NCBI RefSeq assembly: GCF_000315625.1 | Contig: NW_005434482.1 | Coordinates: 22,338-86,337, forward strand | Direction: 5' to 3' | Source: Guillardia theta CCMP2712 | Taxonomy: Eukaryota; Protista; Cryptophyta | Length of the DNA: 64,000 nt | Shown: positions 49,402 to 61,400 of the stretch, piece after piece | How the letters are laid out: each line of letters starts with the position of its first letter | Position numbering within the stretch: position 1 is the first letter of the stretch | Program-made: the position numbers and the translations under genes | Notes under the pieces: model-generated | What the model saw: only the letters and a program-made list of their open reading frames with translations | Database searches by the model: none | What the model was told of the DNA's origin: nothing

Positions 49402-52400
49402 ATGTCAAGACTAGACAAGTTGGTGAAAGACAAGCTGGATAAACTAGACAAGAAGAAGTTCTCGCAAACAGAGTTCGAACAGGCATGCAATGCTGGTCAG
49501 CTGCTGATTGTCATCGAGGACAGAGTTTTCGATGTCGAAGGGTTCCGACACAAACATCCTGGCGGAATTTCTTCCTTGGAGAGATATTACGCCCGGGACG
49601 CAACCGAAGTTTTTTTCCGTGTGCATGGACCAAATGCACACCGTAGCTTGGAAGAACTGTACATCGGGGACCTGGTTCCTTCGATACAGATCTCTTGCAA
49701 CGTAAACGCGAAGCTGGATGATGTTGAATCAAAGTTGGCCAAGCAACACGATAGTCATCAGCATGAATTTGATCCTCAGTCGAGTAAGTGTCCGTTTGCT
49801 ACACTTACTGGAACCCTCAAGGACCCTCCGCATCCAGGCATGTTCCACCAGCATCCAGCCCACGAGCACTTGGATTCAGGTGGGAAGGAGAACGAGGCAA
49901 GATGTCCCTTTCAGCACACGCTCAAGACGCCGGATGAGTCTCTCCCTGAGAATCCTCCAGTAGATAGCAGTCACTCCAAAGATAATCGAGAGAACGAGGT
50001 AGCCAGCATAGTCAAAGCGTCAGGTTTCGATTTCGCATATCCCGAAAAGGACAAGGCATTTGATGGACACTGGCATTCTGATCGCAACAAGCATGAGCCA
50101 CATTTCAGCACCTTAGAGGCTCTAGTGGAAGAGATTGACAATGAGAATGTGTCTAATGGCGACAACAAGACTGAATCTGATACTCCAACCTCTTCAAACA
50201 GTGATGGCGTGAATGAGCAGAGCTCACGGCCTAGTAAACCTGTCGGCGATGATGCTCCTCTTGATGGTTTTACGAGGGTGAAGTCCGGAGGAACTTTCTC
50301 TAGGTCAAGTTCATCCGGATCATTTTCGAAGAAGATCGTTGAAAACGTTCTCAGACGAACTGGGTCTGGATCTAGTCTTCGATCCTGGAAGGAGAACCTC
50401 AAAGGCGATGTTCATGCGGAGTTAAGCGAAGGAGGATGCCCCTTCAAGGCCTTAACCTCTCTTCCGACTGAGTTTGCTGCGGCTCGAGGTCGGAGGAGAA
50501 GCTCTGTTACTAAGCAAGACTTTTCTACGCGTAGAGGATCTGGAGTGTTTCCTGGAGGCAACGATTTCTTCTCCGGTCCAGGCAAAGCTCTCGAGTCTCC
50601 TCGCTCCATCCGATCTCGTGATAACGCCTCTGTCGCGTCTCGTCAGGTCTCAGTATACGCGCAGTCAAAGCGATCAGGCCACGGCACTAACTTGAGGTCG
50701 AGCGGCGGCGTCTTTCGAGGAGCAAGGACTCGCAGGAAGGCAATGACGCACAAAAAGTCCTCTGCTCCTCCGATCAATCGCGCGGAGTGGGATTTCCATG
50801 CTGCGAGACTGGAGTCGTCTTGGAAGAAGCTTTTGAAGGTCGTGTCGTATGCAGATCTAGGAGGAGCAATCTACGAATCTGTTCGCGACAATGATATTCT
50901 AGAACCTCTCTTTCGTTTTACGAACAGGTCTGCTCAAGGCACCAAGTTCGTTGACATGTTGTCAAGCATTGTTGAGAACTTGAACTCACCTGCAAATGTC
51001 TACCAGAAGATTGCTGACCTCGCGCCTCTGCATCACCGCAAAGGCGTAGAAATCAGTCACATGCCAATGATGCAGATGATTGTGTTGGGCGTCTTCAGGC
51101 ACGCGCTGGGAGATGATTTCAGTCAGGAGGAGATGCAGTCATGGCTGTGGATGTGGGAGTACCTCACTACTGCTCTCGATGTCTCCTTGAAGGTCATCTG
51201 TTCTACTATGGGCGTTGTAAGAGACTCTTGGGAGACCATCTTGGAGTCCTACACGCCTGGTCAGCTGGGGGAGATGATCTACGACTGCCTTTTCAAGCTT
51301 GCTCCTAACGCCACTCACCTCTTCACCAAGCCCCGCGAGTATATGGCCATCAAAATGGGCGATACGCTTGGAATGCTAGTTTCTTTTGCTGATGATCCAG
51401 ACGACATGAAGAAACAAGTGGCATCGCTGGGTCTGCGGCATGTCAAGTATAACGTTCGTCCTCATCACATTCCTCTTATCGCCCCCGTGATTGTCAACGT
51501 GCTTGCTGAGGCTTGCGGTGAAGCCTGGAGCGAAGAAATCGAGCAAGCCTGGTCCACAGTGATTCACATGGTCTGTCAGAACATGGTGGAAGCAATTCAA
51601 GATGGTGAAAACTTCGCGACCAATTTGGAATATAGTAGCCAACAATTTCAAGAGGTTGGAATGAAGGACAAGCTGAAGGACGCTCTTTATGAGAAACTCA
51701 GGAATTACTCCCCTGAAATATTCGAAGTGCAAGCTCAGTCAGATCCCAGAAAGCTGTACAATGAAATCTCGATGTCCCAGCTGCAAGCGGAAAACACAAA
51801 AATCGCCTCAAATCACAAGGTGGACTTGTTGTTATCGTTAAGTAGTAATAACATTGCAGAGTTTTATGCAAGAATATGCCTCATTCAAGTCCGGACTCAC
51901 AAAGAAATCTTCAAAGAAAGACGTCTCAAACGAAAAGAGCAACAAGGAGATGTCGAAGCTTAACAAGGGCACGAAGGCTTATGACGCTTTTGAAGTGTCT
52001 TTGTACTTTTACCTCCTCGTTTCTTGATATCCTATCCAGGGCCTGATCGACTTGATCGTGGAATTCAATCTTGAGATCCTGAAGCTTGTTTGGGAGCCCG
52101 AGAGACAAGTCGAGGTTGTTTACATCTACGCGCCCAAATTTTATGCCATGTAAACGTCAAGCGAGTATTTCTACCTTGTTTGACATCTCATGTAGGGGAA
52201 TCAGGAACAAGCATCTCAAGAACATTGCTAGATCATTGCAAGAAGCGATGGTTGTCGTTCTCGACGACAGGTTTGGGACCAAACTGCCTGCAAACTCTCT
52301 AAACAAGACTCGCAGGGCTGTTGAGAACTTCGATGATTGTCTACAATGGCTATGGAGGTTGATCCTTGATGTGAGCACAAGACGTTACGGTATTGTTTGT

Positions 52401-55400
52401 GATCGTTTCCGCGTTACAACAGGCTTTCACAAAAGAGCTTGCTATCATTGAAGAAGCTAAGTATGAACTGATTCTCGATTCATACGAACAAATCAGATCT
52501 CAATGCGAAGATGAAGTCTGCCTGAGCAATGCCCGATTGCGAAATCTTACATCTCGTGCAGCAATTAGGCAAGATATTCTGGAAGCATCTGAATGACTTG
52601 GTAAGAAAACTTTTTTACGATTGATTCAAATGCTCTTGTACCTGAAGTTCAAATACAGTCGCCCGAGCAAACTCATCTATTCAGAAGATCTCTCAAAATG
52701 TTCGTACGATCTCTCTTGCCTTTTTTTCATTCTTTTTGCTCAGGTGGGGAAGGCTGCTGCAGCATATCATGCGCATGTTGGTCATGAGCACTCAGGACGC
52801 TGAGGTAGGCTTTAGGTTGTCCCTCATCGCCCAGTGACGTTGCCAACGACAGAAATTCTTTCAAGTGCTTTTCGACCTGACTGTGAATCACATTCGCTAT
52901 GGAGTCAAATCAGAATATCTCAGCCCATTCGGACAAGCGCTCATTCTCACTCTCGAAGAGGTGTGCACTTGTACCTTCACTCGATGGGTTGACAGGATTC
53001 TCAGATCTTGAAGCCTTCATGGTCGACAGACATTGAGAACATGTGGAAAGAGGTTTGCTACTTCTTTCCTTTCTCTCGCTTTTCTTTTCCCCTTTCTTTG
53101 CCTTTCTACCTCAAATTCTTCTTAATTCTTTGTGCAACCTAATCTGTTCCCTCCAACTGCAGCTCTGGCGAAGGGCAGCGAACAGCATGACCCGGGGGCT
53201 GAACATGGGTGGAAATGGCATCACCCATGCGCTAGTAGAAGGAGATGTTGGCATGTTGGAGCAAGCGATCAGTTGCGCTCCTCGAAACTCACGTGCTCAA
53301 TGGCTTTGCGAGGTATTGTAGAGAGAGGGAGCAAGGGGGGAAGAGAAGCAGAGAGGAGTTGGTGCGGTCAGGATGTGATGAGATGAAGGTAATGGTTAAC
53401 GGAGCCTCGATCTCTCCGCTTTACTGGGCCTTGAGGGATGGCAAGTACGCTCTCGTAGAGTTTATCCTCAGGTGTGTGACTCTTTTAGAGCGAGGACGTC
53501 TGACGCCGTGACAGTGACCTGCTGACTATCCGGGCGGACATACACGGTTACTACTACGGGAGAGAAGTGACGGCAGTTGAAATGTCGCCACTAATTTGAC
53601 GGGAGCTGCAGGAGCTATTCAAGTTCCATGAGGACATTGTCGGAGCACTCGGTCGTCAGAGTGTTGGTCTCATACCGATACTGCTAGACGGGTTGCTGTG
53701 GCACGCAAAAGAGAAGGAAGACGGAAGGCTGGTCGGCCAATCCCTCACGTCATCCGCTTCTTCTGATTTCTTGTCCCTCTTCCTTCTCAATGCTCTCTCA
53801 GTGTGTCTTCTGAACTGTCATGTAGGTAAGAGTCAACTATTACATCAAAGACCTCTATGGCGATCCTGGCATCATCGAAGACCCTTGGAAGTCTCCACTG
53901 GCTTGGCTCATCAAGTTGGGTGAGAGAACTTTGATTGCTTGTCGTTGCCGTCATGCCATTGCTAGATGACAACGAGTCGTTCAAGCATCCAGCTGTCTGC
54001 AAGACCCTCGACCTGAAGTGGACGAAGTTTGCGCTCAGAGTTTTCCTGCTGAAGGAATCGTGTTTCCTCCTCATGCTTGTCGTGTTTATGATTCGACATT
54101 CTGTTGATCCCAGTGGCTGCGACTCGGCCCTTGAGGTGAGAGGCTTTCACGCAATGAAGTTGTTTGACAATCACCAAACCAGTGGTTGAGAGTACTCCTG
54201 CTGCTCTTGACGCTTGTTAGCCTTGGGCTGCAGGTGACCAAAAGACCAGCCTGTCAAACTCTAGTGTCTGACTTGATCACTGATAAGGCTTGGATCATTT
54301 TCTTTCAAACCAAGAAGAAAATCTTTCTCCCCTTGAAACTTTGGATCTTTCGTTTGCAAATGCCTCGGTTAGATGTTCAAATTAATTCAATGATTCTGAC
54401 ATCTTTGCAAAGATGTTTTAGCAGCATTTGGAACTGGATCAAAATTGTGGCCTGCATCTTGATCATATCCTCATTTGCTAACCAGGTCTTGATATCTTCG
54501 CGTGTGTATCAACTTATTGACTGTCAACTGATGAATTGTTGTTGCAGACATGCTTGGATGGGTTTGAAGGTGTGACTGTTTGCGTTTTCTTCAAAGTGAT
54601 CTGATTTCTTCATTGCAGATAACAACAGTGTGAAAACTGCAGAAGCTTTCGCAGCCATCTTGCTGTGGGCCGAAATGTTTCAGGCACTGACATATGAAAG
54701 ATGCTTGTATTCAATCTTTGATCATGATTCAGATCAGCATGTTGTCAACTCCGATGGCGGCGTTTGCTTACACATTGGGAATCATGGTTCGGGATCTCAG
54801 TCATTCACTGTATATGATCATCATCCTTATTTTTGGTGAGTAGGAGGCGATTCGCTTCCATGCCTGCCTGTCACATCTCTATCTCACCCACGTCATCTGT
54901 GTCTTCTTTCTCGGTTCTGTCTGCGTTAGCTTTCTGCTGCCTACCGTCCCGGCTTTGCCGTTTCTATCCTACTTGTTTTTGGTCTCTGATATCATGAACA
55001 CATTCTCTTGTTATTGTTGATTTCAATCTTTCTCTGATGCTGCTTGCAAGGGTTTGGATCTGCTCTGTCCATTATCGGGGACCCTCCCTTTGACGAGGGA
55101 TGGGACACTACTGCCGTTATACTGTTGCAAGAGGTAAACCTCAAGCCAAAGCCATTCCTTCCTAGGCTGAGACTATGAAACAGGTGATGGGTGTAGCTCA
55201 GCCCATGTATCCTCAAATCTCAAGCTTGACTCGTTTTCTTCTCCTCGTCTTCGTCACGTAAGTCTACTCCTGCTTTACCTGATTCCTCTTCACATACTCT
55301 TTTCGACCTTGACTATTTCGTTTACTTTTTCTCACTCTCCCGCTTTCTTCTTCTCCCTTCTTCATCTTTTCATAAACCTGCTTTGTCTCTTGCCATTTCC

Positions 55401-56142
55401 CTTGTGCTCTGCCCCCCCTCATGTCGTTTTCAGGTGTGTTACGATTGGACTCCTCAACGTCCTGATCGCGCAGCTTACCATCACCTACGATCGGCTCAAC
55501 GTGGACAAGGAAGGCTTTGCAATGATGCACAGGTGAGGGTCAACGAGACGAGCAGGAGGAAGAAAGTCAAACAAGCAGGAAGCAGATGAGGGAGAGGAGG
55601 ATCAAAGCCAACAATTCAAAGACAACCAGAGGAAGGGAGAGAAATCGAGACTGACTGCTTGCCAGGGCAAGTACGTGCTTGGAAATCGAGACCTACCTTC
55701 CACTGACATGGAGGAGGTGAGAGAGGGAGGAAATCGCCTGGCGTATGATGGCATGTAGGCGTCTCTTCAACAACATGGGGTTTGACCGCCCCCTTTCCTT
55801 CGCGGAAGGAGATGAGGGTCCATGTGGGGGCGTGCAGGTGAGAACAAGTCCAGAGGCAGGAGAGGCGAGGGGGGGAGGGAGGTTGTGGTAAGAGAGGGGG
55901 GGGAGGGAGGTTGTGGTAAGAGAGGGGGAGGAGGGAGGTTGTGGTAAGAGAGGGGGAGGAGGGGCAGGACAGGAGGATGAAGGGTGGGCTTGATGGTGTC
56001 GCAGGTTCTTGAGCGAGATGACTGTCCTCGCTATGTCGCTGATCGCATCTTACGCTTCACCGGGGACGCGAGCCCTGAAGACCCCTGGCCCTCCATCAAC
56101 TTTGATGAGCCTCCTGTTGCCCATAATGCAGAGGAGCAGTGA
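49402..56142 (+). CDS. Cytochrome b5 + 4x globin + ankyrin-like + TRP-like ion channel fusion protein (~28 introns)
   Basis: b5 motif VFDVEGFRHKHPGG...DATEVFFRVH; globin F-helix motifs LAPLHHRKGV, LGLRHVKYNV, YAPKFYAMGI, LTVNHIRYGV; ANK-like SPLYWALRDGKYALVEFIL; pre-S1 FKHPAVCKTLDLKWTKFA; S6 IGLLNVLIAQLTITY; reading frame can be kept by GT(GC)-AG splicing to TGA 56140-56142. Confidence 0.82.
55870..55960. repeat. Intronic ~29-bp tandem repeat x3
   Basis: gagggaggttgtggtaagagaggggg repeated. Confidence 0.85.
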
Positions 56143-56409
56143 GGAGTTAGTAGTAGGGGTCAAACTGAAGTTGAGAAGGGGTCAAACACCAAAAGGATTT
56201 GAATGATGGGGAGACCATCGAAAACCATCACCGACTGTTCTCACTCAAATGAATGAAGCTGACTCTTAACATGTAACTATGTAAATGGATGATATTCAAG
56301 ATTGATAATGAATATTGTGAATGATTGCGATGAAAAAGAATGATAATCGGGTCTGATTGGGTTCATGTGGCAGGAGGACAGTGGTATAGTTAATAACATT
56401 TCTTGCCAA

Positions 56410-57122
56410 TTATCGTGAAACTTGCATGTGAAACTTGAGCACCTGACTCCTCACGATGGATCGCAAGGCAAAGAAGCCGACGATGACCTCGAGGAAGACG
56501 AAGACCGTCAGGATGATGCTGCCTGCCAAGTCGAAGGAGAGCTGAAGAGGAAGTCCGCTCACTCGAACGGGAAGCGAGAGGACGAAGAAGAAGGCGATGG
56601 GCAGCTGCGGGATGAGCGTGAGGAGCCAAAAGCCAGTGAGCTGAGGGACTTTCTCCTGGAGGTTACCAACGAAGCCTAGAGGAGCACAGGGATCACTCGC
56701 TCGCATGCAGCAGGTGGAGATGCTACCCAGGTAGAGGCGGACGGGCTCCAGGAGGAACCAGACGGAGAGGACAAGAGGGGAGAGAACTTTGTACGCCTGA
56801 TTCACAATCAAGTAATTTTCCTGCGCCGCACAGTGAGGGAGGGTCATGAGACAACCGATACATCACCTTGAAGAGCATGAGGGCGAGGGTGAGGGCGCCC
56901 CAGAAAATTGAGTAGAAGACGTTGAAGTAAAGAAGCATCTGAAGCGGCAGGCTAGAAGCAATCTGCGTGTCTACAACCTGGTCATTTTAATCATGTGAAT
57001 AATGTGTGCATACTTGTTATCATCAGCTCTTCGTCATTTCCTAGCTCCTCCTGCTGCTCTTGCGACAAATGGACTTGTGCAAACAGACGTCCAGACAAGG
57101 ATGTCAATCCTCGTGCAATCAT
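56410..57122 (-). CDS. TMEM17: TMEM17-like ciliary transition-zone membrane protein (4 exons)
   Basis: IASSLPLQMLLYFNVFY, LEPVRLYLG|FVGNLQEKVPQLTGFWLLTLIPQLP, GFFALRSIVRSQVLKFH. Confidence 0.85.
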
Positions 57123-57519
57123 ACCAGGTCTGCCAAATATTAATCAGAACGAGGAGATTAAGTTCAACCTTCAAAATATTCATACCTTTTTGTTGCCGTC
57201 TTTGACATTTTGTTTGATTTCTAGCAATATTATCGGTGCATTCTCTACAACGTGAGCGCAAGTAAGCTGGTTCTGCAAAGATGAGTGGTTGCTTTCTACA
57301 ATCCTTTGACTTTCCAAGGTGATCCTTGACTCTTATCAGCACTGCACCTCGCTGCTTCCCTATGCCCTTGCCTGACCGTCTTGTCTCACCTGATCTTGCG
57401 CTCCCTGCTCCCCTCCCTGGTCTCCTCCCGCCAGTTTTGTTTGCAATCTGGAAGGCACGGATCCGGCCGGGCAAGAGACGACTCAGAAATTCAAGTTCAG
57501 ACTTCAAGCCTGAGGCTTA

Positions 57520-57930
57520 GTCCTGGCACTACCCGGTGACTCGGGCCGCCGCAAGCGCGGCCAGCCTGGCACGGCTGAGGCGGCAGTGCCGTGCTGGCTT
57601 TAGGCTCCGAGGCTCCGCCGTGACTGCCAGCCATTGATGATGAGTCAGTACGGTCACGAGTCGGTGGCCGCCGCTGATGCGGCCCCGGGCGGCCAGCCGC
57701 GCGCCGGGCCCCCGGCCGGCGGCGTGAGTCGGACTGGGCCTGAGGGTCATCAGTTTACAACGTGGCAGGATTTAGCCCCACGGGCAAGTTTAGGCTTGAA
57801 ATCCAACCTACTAGTCAGCCGGGCACCTCCGAGTACGGTAGTGCTAAGCTGTCATACGCCCGGCTATTTTGCGCTCTCCGGGCCGAATGGCAAGTCGGAT
57901 CGGCGGGCGGAGTGAGGGACACTGGGCTCA
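57520..57930. other. GC-rich palindrome-dense intergenic island
   Basis: gccgggccccggccggc, tgagtcagtacggtcacgagtcgg, actagt. Confidence 0.7.
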
Positions 57931-58401
57931 TGTCACTGAACTCGGAAATATTCAGCCGGTCAAAAAACAATGATTCGAAATTTGGTTCCGACAACCCCCC
58001 CGGACTCCCCGAAGTTATCCGATCCGATAATCGATTGTAATAAGATGTGGAGTTGGGTACCGACCGGAAACCACTGAGCCGCTGGTTAATACCTCGCAAA
58101 AACAGGGAGGGGGGGGGGGGCGGGCGGGAAGGTACTACGGTATCTACCCTCCCCTGAGAAACGAAATACAAACTAGTATCGGACGGTCGATTTCTTAAGA
58201 CTGACTCTGAAACGACTTCCACAAAATACTCCAGTATGAAACAGTTAGGCGATTTGCTTTCTTTTTTGTGCTTTTTTTTCCCCGAACTTTCGAACTTTAC
58301 AGCGACTGGTAGGATTGGCTTCTCTTTTTTTACCGCCTGACTCAGACTGACAGTAGTACCTGCGCTCCTGGCACTCTCCCTCCCCTCCTCGCCCCCGCCG
58401 G

Positions 58402-61400
58402 ATGGTAGCGGAGCAGCAACCGCTCGCGTCCTTCTTCTGCCCCATCAGCATGGTACTGATGACCGACCCTGTCTCCTGCTGCGATGGCAACACTTATGAA
58501 AGATCCTCCATCGAGACCTGGCTCCAGCTCCATCCTTCCAGCCCTCTCACTGGCGCCTGCCTCCCTTCCAAGCAACTTGTTCCCAACTTCGCTCTCCGCA
58601 GCGCAATCCAAGAGTGGAAGGAGCAACACGCGTTTTTCGTCCCCAGACACGAAGTCGAGATTGACCAGCAGCCTATCTCAGAAGGCTCATCCAAGACTCT
58701 CTACATAGGTTACCTCCGCATGCGAGGGCGAGGAGCGATGCCAGAGAAGATCAAGGTCGCGGTGCTCAAGCTGAGGCAAGGCGACGGCGAGAGAGAAGCC
58801 GGGGTGATGCTGAGTCTCGGGCCGCATCCTCGGCTTGTACGGTACATGGGGCAGAGCGAGGACGCCGAGGGCTGCCGCCTGCTGCTGACCGAGTACGCCG
58901 AGCTGGGATCGTTGAGGCGGGCTTTACTGGGGAGGCTGGCGGGCCAGGTGACGGGAGGGCACCAGATGGCGATGATGCATCAGATCGCACAGGGCATGGA
59001 GCACCTTGCTGAGCAGCGGGTTGTGCACCGGGACCTCGCGGCAAGGCACGTGCTGGTCTTGGGCTTCGATAAAGACGACTTGCGGAGGACGTCGGTGAAG
59101 GTGGCGGGCTTCGGGCGTGCAATAGACCTCGCGGACGGTACTGACGCTACGGTAGCGGGGCGGGGGCTGCCGGTGCGCTACATGCCCCCGGAGTCCATGA
59201 AGAAAGGTCGGTGCTCGGAGAAGAGCGACGTGTGGGCCTTCGGGGTGACGTGCTGGGAGATCCTGACCTTGGGCAAGACCCCCTACTCCAACATGACGGA
59301 CGATACTGTGATCAGGTACGTGTGCGGGGGAGGGAGGCTGCCCCGAGAGGACATAGAGGGAGGATGTCCAGACGAGGTATGGGCTCTAATAGAGAGCTGC
59401 TGGTCGACGAGTGAAGAGGATCGCCCGACGTTCGCGGAGCTTGCGGTAGCTTTAGGAAGAGCCGGAGCGGAGGGGCCTGAGAGGACAGCATGGAGGTGGT
59501 CAGGCAAGACGCCTGGGCTGCAGGACGCATGGAGTAGCAGCCAGTCACTATGCCGAAGAATATGCAGTGTAGCAGAAGCTGCGTGGAGACGCATCGGGGA
59601 GGCAGCGGGCGGAGGGATTGATGTGGTTGCGACGAGAGTAAGAAAGCGCAAGTACCGAGAGCTTGCGGGACAAGAGTCAGCATGTGATGCTTTGGAAGGC
59701 ATGACGAGTGCTGCCCGTGACCCGCTGAGCACAAGAGCTAAGAGGCTACGGGTCGGGGCGCCGTCAACGGTTGAGGGCCAAGACGCACGCGGGATGCAGC
59801 AGCTGGCAAGGGAGGCATGGAGGCAGCTGAGGACGGGAGCTGAAGACAGCATAGAGGCGGTAGTGCAGGAGATAAGGACGTACGAGGTACTCGCGGAGGT
59901 ACAGCAGGCTGCATGCGAAGCCTTGGTCAGCATGGCTCAGAGCGTTGAAGACTACAAGCACAAGGCGAGAGAGGCGGGAGCGATCGAGGCTGTCGTCAGC
60001 GCCATGTCCAGGCACCCACAAGATGCGCAGGTACAACAGGCAGCGTGCGAGGCCCTGAGGCATACAGTGTGTCGCGCCGAAGTTAGCCAGGAGTGCGCGA
60101 GAGAGGCGGGAGCGATCGAGGCTGTCGTCAGCGCCATGTCCAGGCACGCGGACGATGTACGGGTACAGCAGGCAGCATGCGAGGCCCTGGAGGACATAGT
60201 CTCGTTCATCGATGGGAACAAGGTGCGCGCGCGAGAGGCGGGAGCGATCGAGGCTGTCGTCAGCGCCATGTCCAGGCACCCAGAGGACGCGGGGGTACAG
60301 CAGGCTGCGTGCCAGGCCCTGGAGGACATAGTCTTGTTCATCGATGGGAACAAGGTGCGCGCGCGAGAGGCGGGAGCGATCGAGGCTGTCGTCAGCGCCA
60401 TGTCCAGGCACCCACAAGATGCGCAGGTACAACAGGCAGCGTGCGAGGCCCTGAGGCATACAGTGTGTCGCGCCGAAGTTAGCCAGGAGTGCGCGAGAGA
60501 GGCGGGAGCGATCGAGGCTGTCGTCAGCGCCATGTCCAGGCACGCGGACGATGTACGGGTACAGCAGGCAGCATGCGAGGCCCTGGAGGACATAGTCTCG
60601 TTCATCGATGGGAACAAGGTGCGCGCGCGAGAGGCGGGAGCGATCGAGGCTGTCGTCAGCGCCATGTCCAGGCACCCAGAGGACGCGGGGGTACAGCAGG
60701 CTGCGTGCCAGGCCCTGGAGGACATAGTCTTGTTCATCGATGAGAACCAGGTGCGCGTGCGAGAGGCGGGAGCGATCGAGGCTGTCGTCAGCGCCATGTC
60801 CAGGCACGCGGACGATGTACGGGTACAGCAGGCAGCATGCAAGGCCCTGTCCTGCGTGTTGAGTTTCATGAATGAGAGCCAGGTGCGCGCGCGAGAGGCG
60901 GGAGCGATCGAGGCTGTCATTAGAGTCCTCGATATCCACGCAGACAATGTGCGGGTGCAGTTTGAATGGTTCTGGACCCTCAAATACACCATGCAATACT
61001 TCCGATATCAGGGCACAGCGAGGGATGCAGCAGCAATCGACGCTATAGTCAGCGCCATGACCAGGCACCAGACCCGCACGAAGGTACAGGAAGGGTTCTG
61101 CAAGGTGCTAAATGAAATAACCAAAGACAACAAACAGAACAGACTCCCGGTCACCCAGGCGGGAGCGATCGAGGCCGTCGTCAGCGCGATGACCAGGAAC
61201 ACAGACCACGACGTACAGCAGGCAGCATGTGACGCGCTGCACAGCATGGTCAACGGCATGGCAGACAGCCAGGTGCGCGCACGAGAGGCGGGAGCGATCG
61301 AGGCCGTCGTCAGCGCAATGACCAGGAACACAGACAATCGGTGGGTACAGCAGGTAGCATGTGACGCGCTGCACAGCATGGTCAACGGCATGGCAGACAG

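Noticed and set aside
51860-51963. Stop at 51963 as the true end of the globin protein
   Set aside because: A 40-nt GT-AG intron at 51820-51859 shifts frame into further globin and channel exons, and globin 3 would otherwise be cut in half
56142-57122. Functional linkage of the channel with the adjacent ciliary TMEM17
   Set aside because: Convergent neighbours in a eukaryotic genome; adjacency alone is not evidence
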